Shown here piece by piece: positions 38,560-57,136 of a stretch of DNA of 64,000 nt. The stretch's first letter is position 1; each line of letters begins with the position of its first letter. A program made the translations under genes and the position numbers. This DNA is from Malacoraja senta (lineage: Eukaryota). The DNA is taken from positions 28,212,001 to 28,276,000 of the forward strand of contig CM075987.1 in NCBI GenBank assembly GCA_038087875.1, given 5' to 3'. A model generated the notes under the pieces. It saw nothing but the letters and a program-made list of their open reading frames with translations, was not told the origin of the DNA and did no database searches.

Positions 38560-39120
38560 CCTGAAAGGTCTGGATAGAGTGGATGTGGAGAGGCTGTTTC
38601 CACTAGTGGGAGAGTCTAGGACCAAAGGGTACAACCTCCGAATTAAAGGATGTACCTTCAAAATGGAGATGAGGAGGGATTTCTTTAACCAGGGGGTGGT
38701 GAATCCGGAATTCATTGCCGGAGACAGCTGTGGAGGCCAAGTCATTGGGTGTTAAAGAAGGAACTGCAGATGCTGGAAAATCGAAGATACACAAAAATGC
38801 TGGAGAAACTCAGCGGGTGCAGCAGCATCTATGGAGCGAAGGAAATAGGTAACGTTTCGGGCCGAAACGCAAGGGTTTCGGCCCGAAACGTTACCTATTT
38901 CCTTCGCTCCATAGATGCTGCTGCACCCGCTGAGTTTCTCCAGCATTTTTGTGTACATTGGGTGTTAAAGCAGAGATGGATAGATTCTTTATTAGTAAGG
39001 GTGTCAAGAATTATAGGGAGAAGGCAGGAGAATGGGGTAGAGAGAGAAAAATAGATCAGACATGATGGCATGGCAGAGTATACTTGATGGGCTGAATGGC
39101 CTCATTTTGCTCCTATTATG
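38560..39120 (+). mobile_element. CR1 3' fragment containing a fold-back Penelope-derived insertion (~38750-38955)
   Basis: CR1 3' sequence on both sides. CATTGGGTGTTAAAG is repeated at 38743-38757 and 38956-38970. The insert is a long inverted repeat. Confidence 0.85.
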
Positions 39121-41984
39121 GTCTATTTAATAATTGATTATGAATGATTCACAATATCTAAATAAAGTTTTTTTTCCCTCATCAGTGATAAATGGTTTTG
39201 AGGAAATGTAACTGATATATATATATATATATATCTCATATGTTCATAGGATCATGTAGGAGCATTTAACTCATCAAGTCTGCTTTTCATTTAATCTTAG
39301 TTGATCTATCTTTCCCCTCTCAACCCCATTCCCTTTCCTTCTCCCCATAACCTTTGACACCGTACCAATCAAGAACCTGTAAATCTCTGCTTTAATAATG
39401 CCCATTGATTTGACCCCCACAGCATCTGTGGCAAGTGTTACACAGGTCTCAGGCACACTTGGCAACAGTGCATTGTGAAATGGTTCATGTAACTCCAAAG
39501 CTGATTTTTGTATCACAAGGCAATTATTGACTGTATTGAGAAACTGCCACATATGATTATGGATTGAAGCAGATGAAATGGAGACAGCATAGACTTTGGA
39601 TGGACAGAACAAAGGTATAATTAAAGTAAGAATGATCCACAGAGGGCAGTTACATACAGGTGTGTGTGATACAGGGGGTGGTGTGTGGTACAGGAGGCTC
39701 TTTGCTGCTGTATCCAGGGACAGACACATAAGTGAAGCTTTAGATGTTAATCTTCAATGAGGATGACTGAAATAACAAGGGCAACTCTCCAGGATCTTTC
39801 TATTATCCAGTGTTGTTTAATTTTGTTTAAACTTTTTGCTGACTATTGTTATGAAGATAATCCCGTACTGTTTTCATAAGTTACTGTGGAATGCAAGAGC
39901 TTGCATCAACTGAACTTTCTTTTGAACATTCCCGAGGGGAAGTTTAAATTAAAACAACAATATGCAGCCTGTGAGTCACCCTGTGAAGCAGAGGTAGAGA
40001 TTTGACATCAGAGTGAAAAATGTAAAAATCATCGGGAAGGCTTTTTTAGAAAAGAGACGGCGTTGGAACATGTGAAGAGTTGACGTGGTTGCATGAGGTG
40101 GAGACACAAGGAACTGCAATGGAATCTAGAGTGTGTGGTAGTCATGTTAGTGGACCTTGATAGGACAGGTACTGAGAATTAGCAGAAGTCTCTTCAATTC
40201 ACATGATAGTCATCAGTCAGGGTAACGAGTATGGTATATGTACCTCCCACTCCCAACATCAGTCTGAAGAAGTTCTTGACCCGAAACGTCACCCATTCCT
40301 TCTCTCCAGAGATGCTGCCTGTCCCGCTGAGTTACTCCAGCATTTTGTGTCTATGATGAGCATGGAAGTTGGGGCATCTTGGCTGGCATGGGCATCTTGG
40401 GCTGAAGGGCCTGATTCCGTGCTGTGTGACTCTATCTATGATAGAGTGCAAAACTGCTGGCTGTACTTAAAACCTAAGAGTCTGTGTGGATTATGGTAGG
40501 CAGGAGGAGCCCTGAAAGAGATAGATAGGAATGCATTCTTATCTTGAAGCAGCAGCAGCACACTGGCTAGTGCATTCACTGTCAGGCTGATAAATGTCCA
40601 GGGTATTCAATGGGGGAAGGGTCAATGGAGCAATGCTGTAACCACGAGGCTCATGCTGTCCTAATCATTGAACATTGCTGTTAAAACTTCAGCCTGTTGT
40701 CAGCTACAGGAAGAATGGCTTCCTTTGGTCCTGAGGAAAGATATACAATGTTTAGTTTATTGTCACGTGTACCAAAGTACAGTGAAAAGTTGTTTTGTTG
40801 CGTGCTATCCAGTCAGCGGAAAGACTATACATGATTACAATCGAGCAGTCCACAGTGTACAGATACAGGATAAAGGGAATAACGTTTAGTGCAAGGTAAA
40901 GTCCGATTAAAGATAGTCTGAGGGTCTCCAATGAGGTAGATTGTAGTTCAGACTGCTCTCTAGTTGTGGTAGGATGGTTCAGTTGCCTGATAACAGCTGG
41001 GATGAAACTCTCAGAATGTCACAACAAGAATTTCCAGGAAGATGGAAAAAAAAGTTTCCTTGAAATAAAAAGTAAGGGCATCACAAATTCATACGAATCC
41101 CTGCCACTCAAAATGGAGAAGTGACGGCCAGGAAGGTGCTGATTGCACGGTTGTCCAGTTCAGTCTCTCGCTGATCAATGCATGTGAGTGATGAAGACTT
41201 GGCTGTCTTGTTGTCTAAAATCCACACAAAACAAGAATAAAAATGCTTGCAACACCTTATGTTAACCCTCAGATCAACAATCAGACTATTATCAGGAGTA
41301 ATATTAAGAGATGCAGCACATTCCTACCTCACGAGGTATGATCACCTGAGAATCTTCACAATGCTGTGTACAAATTGTCCGGTTTCCTGCATTGTAACAG
41401 AGTCTGCATCTTAGAACATAGAACGGGCCATTTGGCCCACAATGTCTTTGCTGATCATCGTGCCAAGACCATTTCTTATCTAACTGCACATAATCATATT
41501 CCTCCAAATCTATGTGCCTATCCAAAAGCCTCTTCTATGCCATGATCGTATCTGCCATCACCACCACGTTCCAGGCACTCACCACCCTCTGTGTGAAAAA
41601 AAAGTTGCCCACACATCTCCTTAAAGTACTCGATTGGCTGCAAAGCTCTTACATGGATAGGAATATCATCTGATTCTAGTTCCATTGACATAGATGTTGC
41701 AACTCACTTCACAGTGTGTTACGGAGAGGGGGGTTCAGGAGTTTATGTGTTAGGTGGTTGAAAACAATGAGCAAGTGAAGGCTGAGAGACTAGTTGGAGG
41801 AAAGCAGAATTTAAAGTGTTGCAGTACTGAGGGAAGTTTCAGAAACAGGAAAGGGCAAGGACGGAAATAGAAATAAACTCCTGGAACACAGTCAGGCTGC
41901 CGTGAGAAATCTTTCTCTTAGACTGTCCCACAGTTGAGGATAACTTGCTTCCACTCGTTGTGAGGAGAGTGAAGAGTCCTGTGT

Positions 41985-42490
41985 GGAGTCAGTACAGAGA
42001 GTTGTGTAGACTTGTGGATGCAGCCCAGACCATCACACAAACCAACCTCCCATCCATGGACTCCACCTACACTTTGCGCTGCCTCGGCAAGGCCAGCAGC
42101 ATCAAAGATCCTATAGGATCTTTGAGCAGCATAATCAAGGACCAGTCTCACCCCAGTCACTATCTCTTCTCCCATCTCCCATTGGGCAAGAGGTAGAGAA
42201 GTGTGAAAACTCACACCTCCAGATTCAGGGACAGTTTCTTCCCAACTGCTATCAGGCAACTGAACCGTCTTCTTATCAGCTGGAGTGCAATCCTGAACCT
42301 CCCATCGACCTCATTGGAGACATTCAAACTATCTGTGATTGGACTTTTATCAGACTTTAACTTGCACTGAATGTTGTGCCCTTTATCTGTGGACACCTTG
42401 CTTGTCATTGTGTATTGTTTTCTTTGTCTGGATAGCACGCAAACTGAAGCTTTTCACTGCACCTCAGTACATGTGACAGTAATAACCTAA
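41985..42490 (+). mobile_element. Rex1-type LINE 3' fragment
   Basis: …AAQTITQTNLPSMDSTYTLRCLGKASSIIKD.SHPSH.LFS.LP.GKR. Confidence 0.8.
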
Positions 42491-43074
42491 ACTAGACAGA
42501 GGATACTGACAATGGTTTGCTTACCCTGCCAATTAATTTAGAAGATATTGTTGGAATTTCTCTAATGGAAGTTGAGGAGATAATCTATAAATAGTACAAT
42601 TATAAAAAGATATTAATGACTGATGCAGGTGTATAAGACTCAGTTTGGAAAGCAAGTTGAGAAAATGTGGTATTAAAAGCTACTGCTTAAAATGCAAGAT
42701 TGTTGTGCTAATAATTTTGTAAAACTTTGGTTACGTTCAGGAAATATGTATGGCTTTAGAGAATACAGAAGGGATTTGCTAGTCCCAGGAATCTTGGACT
42801 TCAGTAACTTGAAAAGGTGAGAGAATCTCGTGTGCGTTTGAGGCAGTGGGAAAACATTAAAGGATGGAACAGTGATGTCCAGAATCAGGAGGGTTTTTCA
42901 CAGACTAAATGAAAGTTCCATTAATTTCATTTACGAATTAGTCGTTAACCGAAGGTCATCGATGAAAGTTAATTGACAAAAGAGCCACTGGTGATATTTT
43001 ATAGTTGGTGAGGTGGAACTAGTTTCGTGTTTACATTCCCGCTCCCTTTGGCCGTTTGTGTGCCAGGGTGACTG

Positions 43075-43262
43075 TGGAGGGCGGATTGAGGAATGTCCAG
43101 TAGCGCCCGGACGGGCTGAAGGGCCGCAGCTTGTCCCGCCTCCACACCTCGCCCATTGGCTGTTGCTCGCCGCAGCGCCCGCCCAGTGACACCAATCAGA
43201 GGGCGAAGCCACGGATCCGTCATGTGTGTCCGTGTCCGCCCCGCAGTGGCGATCGCGTCCGG
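43075..43262 (+). promoter_or_regulatory. ALAD: Putative ALAD housekeeping promoter and non-coding exon 1
   Basis: CpG-rich island with ATTGG (43155), a GC box (~43179) and CCAAT (43192). Splice donor GG|GTGAGA at 43263, upstream of the acceptor at 44553. Confidence 0.7.
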
Positions 43263-43285
43263 GTGAGAGGTGAGAGGGCAGCGGC

Positions 43286-43730
43286 CTAGGCCCGGGGGAT
43301 GAGCCTGGGCCCGGGGGATGGAGCCTGGAGCCTGGGGCCCGGGGGTGGAGCCCGGGGGATGGAGCCTGGGGGTGGAGCCTGGGTCCCGGGGGTGGAGCCT
43401 GGGGCCGGGGATGGAGCCTGGAGCCCGGGGGGTGGAGCCTGGGGGATGGAGCCCGGGGGATGGAGCCTGGAGCCCGGGGGTGGAGCCTGGGGCCCGGGGG
43501 ATGGAGCCTGGGGCCCGGGGGATGGAGCCTGGGCCCGGGGGATGGAGCCTGGGGCCCGGGGATGGAGCCTGGGGCCCGGGGTGGTGAGCCTGGGGCCCGG
43601 GGGATGGAGCCTGGGGCCCGGGGGATGGAGCCTGGGGCCCGGGGGATGGAGCCTGGGGCCCGGGGATGGAGCCTGGGGCCCGGGGGTGGAGCCTGGGGCC
43701 CGGGGGATGGAGCCTGGAACCCGGGGGATA
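43286..43730 (+). repeat. G-rich minisatellite, ~20-22-bp unit GGGG(A/G)TGGAGCCTGGGGCCCG
   Basis: About 20 imperfect tandem units; it accounts for the Pro/Gly-rich spurious ORFs. Confidence 0.95.
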
Positions 43731-44575
43731 ACGCCGGCCTGAGCCCGGGGGAGGGGGGTGGTGCTGCAGGAATTCCGCGGGCCGGGCAGCCTCTGGGGAC
43801 AAGGAATGGGCGACGTTTCGGGCCTGAAGATGCTGCCCGACCCACTGAGTTACTCCAGCATCTGTGCAGGGCCCACACTGACATTGCTGTCCAGTCACTC
43901 ACTGTGTATTTGTGGATGGCCTCTGGCCATTCACCTGCTCGCTGGGCCCCTGCAGTGAGACATTGTTATCTTTCCTCATCGTGTTCACCAGAGCAGGCCT
44001 GTGCATTGGGCAGCGAAGGGTTAAACACTGGTGGGGCTGAAGTTGACGACAGGCCCAAGCAGGGAGGGAGGGACAGACTGACCACAGACTAGCTCTGCAG
44101 GTCAGCGGGGAATTGGGCGGTTCCCTCAGCCTGACTTCCCGTCTCCGTGCTGCGGCTCCACACACGGTCAGGGTCACTCTGGCGGGCTGCTGTGGTGGGG
44201 TTTAGCCGCGGTCTCTGGGTCTCCATCGTGTCCGAGTCCCAGCCTCTGGAAACACGTCCGCCACGGGGTAACTACCCACTCACCCCTCTCTCCCCACACC
44301 CCCTTCCCCACCACAGTTAGCTCCATGCCAGGTAACTTGGTGTTTGTGTTCTGCCCCCCTGCAGTGAGGGGGGTGGGGTAGGGTGGGTGTGACGAGGGAG
44401 GTGGGGCTTCACTGGGGAGCTCAGAGACAAGAACCCCTCCCTGTAGATCCAGACTCTTGGGCTGAAGGTCCCGGTGACACAGTTGTCCTGGTGTGTTGTC
44501 TCCCTGCCTCTCTGGGTCCTGGACCTCATCGCCCCTTGCCCCGTGTGTTCCAGGCGCTGAGTGCCGGCCGGGACG

Positions 44576-52487
<7,912 letters not shown>

Positions 52488-52848
52488 TGTTGCTCTGCCT
52501 GGACACTGGACACATGCAAGGCTCGCTCCCCCCTCCTGCACCCATCCTCAGCCCCCCAGCCTGCTCCGACCTCCACTCTCCCCTGCCAGGTAGTTTGTCA
52601 GACACCAGCCTTTACACCTGAACTCTAGTGTTCAACAGAGAGAGAGATTCACAGATGTTTAGCGCCTCTCGTGTGTGGTAGCATTATGTTTTTGAATGAA
52701 TCAGACCAAGAGGAAATATAAAAGATTCAAGGGACTGAGTGGATGATGTTTGAAAGATTCTGTGTGTAACTGATTTTACAAAGGATGTGAGTTTATTGCA
52801 ATAGACAGAATCAGGGATTGTAAAATGAGCGAATGCAAAGGTGTTGTT

Positions 52849-52854
52849 AATAAA
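52849..52854 (+). terminator. Candidate ALAD polyadenylation signal
   Basis: First AATAAA after the stop codon; a second lies at ~52963. Confidence 0.55.
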
Positions 52855-54073
52855 TCATGTATCTGGGGCATTACTGCGCTGTATAAAACTGCAGTTGCCG
52901 CATGCCTGCCAGTACCATCTGTGTGTGAAACCATGTGGACAAATGAAATGGAATCCTCTTTTAATAAAACCAACAATGAGAAATGACATTGTGTAGCTGA
53001 CGTGGGAATTGTTCAGTGTTTGCATGCAGTGCCGCACATTAGTCAAACTGAAGGTGTAGATTGAATATTCCTTTGGTTCAGTGGTGTTGGTTGTCCACTG
53101 TGCCAAGTGGAACACCTTTATCCTGTTTTATCAGCTGTCATGTCATGTACCTCCAGACCAGCTGATCATGGCTTGCACAACCCTTCACATCTGGCACTCC
53201 CTCCCCGTCAGAGATGCCTTGCTTCCACTCTGTCTCTGGGTCCACAGGTGGCTGATGAGGGACCTGCAGAGGCAGTTGTGTGACGGGGGGGAGGTGGGGG
53301 GGGGGGGGGTTAGTGCATGACTCTGAACCCCTGCAGAGGAACAATAATCTTAGACCCCTGTGTGCAAATTGTAAGTGATTAGACTGCAAGAGATTGGTGC
53401 GTGAGTGGCCATTACCAGTCCTTCATAACTTTTGATGTTGGAGCCACTGGGCGGCAGTCATTGAGACTGGTCATTATGCTTCTTGGGGACTGGGATAATG
53501 GAGATACCTTGAAGCCGACAGGGTCAATAGACTGAAGGGAGAGATTGAAGATGTCAGTGAAGACTGGCCAGTTGATTGGTGCATAAGTCCAGAGTCCATC
53601 TGGACTTTCTGAGTGTTTCCCCTTGTTGAGAGCAGATCTAGCTTCTGCCACACGATGCTTGGGGCAGAGCCTGCGGGGGGGGGGGGGGGGGGCACCATTG
53701 GGGGATCTCTTCCTGTTCATCTTTACGTGGCCTTTATCTGCACCCAGTAGAGATGTATCGGCTTGAGGATCAACTGTAGTCAATGAGTGGCCTTTTTAGA
53801 GAGCGTTTTGTTTTGAACACATACTACCCTTCGAACATTGAAAAAAAACGAGTACAAAAAAAACAGGCAAAATACACAAATTTAATCCGAGAGCAGTTAG
53901 CCTGGTCAGGGTTGGGAACAAAATGGTAATTGTCCTCATCAGAAACGTCATAATTGCCATCCTCATCAATGTCCTGATTGTCATCACACTGATTACCCAC
54001 CAGGTCTGAGTCATTGTCTTCCTGGATAGGGTTATGCATAATCTCTTTCAAGCGGTCCATCTGTTTCAAAATG

Positions 54074-54213
54074 ATGTTCTTCTTGCGAATGGCATGCACA
54101 GCCTAAAGTTGTCGGACAACTTGTTCAATTTGATCTTATTTGATTGTGCACGCCAGGTTGATTGCATTCGTTGAAACAGGGCGGACCACGTGAAGGTTGC
54201 AATCTCCCACCCC
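54074..54213 (-). mobile_element. 140-bp interspersed insertion with 10-bp target duplication
   Basis: TTTCAAAATG at 54064-54073 and 54214-54223. Removing the insert restores the frame …KLNILK|QMDRLKE. Confidence 0.8.
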
Positions 54214-54359
54214 TTTCAAAATGTTCAGCTTCTCTTTCTCTAGACCTTTGGTCATACGATGGAGCTCAAAATGCTTCAAGATTGTTGATCAAATGTGGTT
54301 TGTCTTTCCAAAGTTGTGACCAAAGGCTTTGCACTTCGTCCTGATCTATAAAGATGTTA

Positions 54360-55797
54360 TTTCCTCTGTATGGATCAGCTTTACATGATGCTGCAGGTAG
54401 CGATCAATCAGAAACACCTTGTTACCTTCTGGGGGGGGGGCAAGGTCTTTCGCGCACCTCTTCATGCTGCTCTTGTATGTGTTTCTTAAGTCCGTCAACT
54501 CCTCTGTAAACAGCACAGCAACCGTTATACTGACATCGATACACGGTGGGGAAATCTTCCCTCTCCAAGTTTAAATTTGGTTTCCGGCCACGTTTTTGTC
54601 CAGATTGTTTCTTCACATCCTTAATATTACACTTCTTAACTGGTATCTTACTCTTCTTCCAATATGGTTGAAAAGACTCATCTGAAGAGCCATTCTTAAC
54701 TTTTGTTTCTCTGTCATCTTCACTTGATAAATACCTTTCAGAAAGATCACTGGACTCCAATCCATCCACAACATCATTTCCTATAGAACAAGATGCTTCA
54801 TTGCAGTTAACTGTTTTTTTTCACATTTAATGGTTGAGTTGCATCTTGTACCTGAACTTTTTCCCAAGAGCACTCTGTATATTCAGGATCTGAGCGCAAG
54901 AACATATCCTTCTTCAATGGGGATTCCCAGTTGTCCACATCCACCGACCTCAAAGTGGTTCCACTGTATGTACAAGGCTGAAAGTCTGCTAACACTGGGA
55001 CAGGTTGATGCTTTGCAACATTATCACCCTCACCATTTTCAGTCACTGTTCCATTCTGAGTTGAAAGGGTTATTGAACCATCCAGAACCCTCCAATTAGT
55101 CCTTAATTCTACTGGATGGGCACTTTCTCTCATTCAAAACAACGCTGCGACTTGAATGCATGTCCAGGATGTAACTGTGGCCCTCTGTTATCAGAGTTCT
55201 GAACAGTCCTTCCAATTGCTAGGATTCTGCCTGATTCACCTCTATCCCATTGCAGACATTGGACTTTGTCTCTGGAACTGGTTTGCTATAATGCTCAGAA
55301 CTATATTCTCCACACTAACCTTTCCTTTGCTCTACCTATTTTAGGTGAGCCTGGCTTGATTGCATTTATTCATGTTAATCCTTTGTGTCTTGCTGACACT
55401 GAAAAATGGTGCGATTCTTTAGACTCATCATTTAGCTGTTGAATAACTATTAACTGGGTTCCTGCTTAATTAAAGTTTCTATACTTCGCTGACTTGATTC
55501 AATCTCAATAGGTTTGTTTTTATCTGTATTCTGGGTCAAGGGATGAAGCATGGACATGAACATTCAAATTGTGAGCCTTCACGAACCGCTTCTCACATTG
55601 GTCACAAGCAAATTCAAGTTCAGCTTCTGTCTTGTGCTTGGTCATATGGTATTTCAAGGATCTCTTTGCCTGCATTGGAATCCACAAACTTCACACAGCA
55701 AAGGTTTTATTCCAGTATGGCTCATTTGGTGAACTGACAGTTGTTTCCGCTGTTTGATAGTCTGTCCACATTCATCACAAATGTAGTTTCTTTTCAC
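54360..55797 (-). pseudogene. ZNF276: Processed, frameshifted and circularly permuted ZNF276 copy
   Basis: 55797-55450 encodes RNYICDECGQT.KQRK…CEVCGFQCRQR/SLKYHMTKHK…FACDQC…AHNLNVH…HPLTQ…IKQEPS*. ~55400-54360 encodes …GHSYILD…SDLSE…SSDESFQPY…YRCQYNGCCAVYRGVDGLKKHIQEQHEEVRERPCP/…KVFLIDRYLQHHVKLIHTE. No introns; several frameshifts. Confidence 0.88.
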
Positions 55798-56384
55798 AAA
55801 TCGAATCCTTCTTTCTCCCAAGTTGTCCATCAGCGTTTGAAACCAGCATTCCTCTTCCTTCTCCATCAATGAAAACTGGCTGTCTGATTCATCCCAACGC
55901 AGCTCCTCACTTTGATCCCGGCTGGGATTTACCTCAATCCAGTTCTGTAACTGAGTTGCACTCAAAAATCAAGGCTTTTCAACTCCACAACCTGATTGCT
56001 CTCCTTCAGCTGCTGTGTGATTGAAGCGAGATGGTCATTTTCAGATTGGGCATTGGTGAGCACATTTCTCATCTGTTTCAGCTCTGTCTGTAGCTCGGGG
56101 ATAAGCTGCCACCTTTTTCTGGCTACTTCAAGAACCTGTGGTAATGGATCCATCTTGGTCAGTGTTATAAACGTAAGGACAGTTGTCAGCCTTATTCAGG
56201 ACGTCTTGCTGCAGGGGTGTTTCCCCAAGTCTAGCTCATCTTGGCCAACCTCAGGATAAAAAGTAGGGTCAATAGCCCCATTTTCCTTTCTTGGTTCTCC
56301 TCCATTTACAGTCAATCGTATCAGATGTCTTCAACGGGAGTAATCTTCAATCTTCACGGCGGTTGGTGTCGTAGTAGCACCTGG

Positions 56385-57136
56385 TACTATCTAAATGGCG
56401 TCAAGTTGGGAAAAGGAGAAGTACAATTGGAACTGGGGGTCCTTGTACATCAGTCTTTGAAAGTAAGCATGCAGGTACAGCAGGCAGTGAAGAAAGTGAA
56501 TGGCATGTTGGCCTTTATAACAAGAGGAATCGAATATAGGAGCAAAGAGGTCCTTCTGCAGTTGTACAGAGCCCTAGTGAGACCACACCTGGAGTATTGT
56601 GTGCAGTTTTGGTCCCCTAATTTGAGGAAGGACATTCTTGCTATTGAGGGAGTGCAGCGTAGGTTTACAAGGTTAATTCCCGGGATGGCGGGACTGTCAT
56701 ATGCTGAGAGAATGGAGCAGCTGGGCTTGTACAATCTGGAGTTTAGAAGGATGAGAGGGGATCTCATTGAAACATATAAGATTGTTAAGGGCTTGGACAC
56801 ACTAGAGGCAGGAAACATGTTCCCGATGTTGGGTGAGTCCAGAACTGGGGGCCACAGTTTAAGAATAAGGAGTAAGCCATTTAGAACGGAAACGAGGAAA
56901 CACTTTCTCACAGAGAGTGGTGAGTCTGTGGAATTCTCTGCCTCAGAGGGCGGTGGAGGCAGGTTCTCTGGATGCTTTCAAGAGAGAGCTAGATAGGGCT
57001 CTTAAAAATAGCGGAGTCAGGGGAAATGGGGAGAAGGCAGGAGTGGGGTACTGATTGGGGATGATCAGCCATGATCACATTGAATGGCGGTGCTGGCTCA
57101 AAGGGCCAAATGGCTTACTCTTGCACCTATTGTCTA
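56385..57136 (+). mobile_element. 5'-truncated CR1 (same subfamily as 34505-35346)
   Basis: YYLNGVKLGKGEVQ…RPHLEYCVQFWSP… through to the CTATTGTCTA tail. Confidence 0.95.

Larger units (their letters stand above)
54043..55905 (-). pseudogene. Fragmented CRACR2A/EFCAB4-family (CRACR2/Rab44-46-like) processed copy hosting the ZNF276 insert
   Basis: 55905-55812 encodes …EKEEECWFQTLMDNLG; 54362-54269 encodes NNIFIDQDEVQSLWSQLWKDKPHLINNLEAF; 54267-54043 encodes ELHRMTKGLEKEKLNILK/QMDRLKE. These resemble recalled CRACR2A segments (EEAQFRMLMDRLG…[51 protein letters not shown]). Confidence 0.7.

Noticed and set aside
42931..44092. Long Pro/Gly-rich ORFs on both strands (up to 323 aa)
   Set aside because: Products of the stop-free G-rich minisatellite; no domain content.
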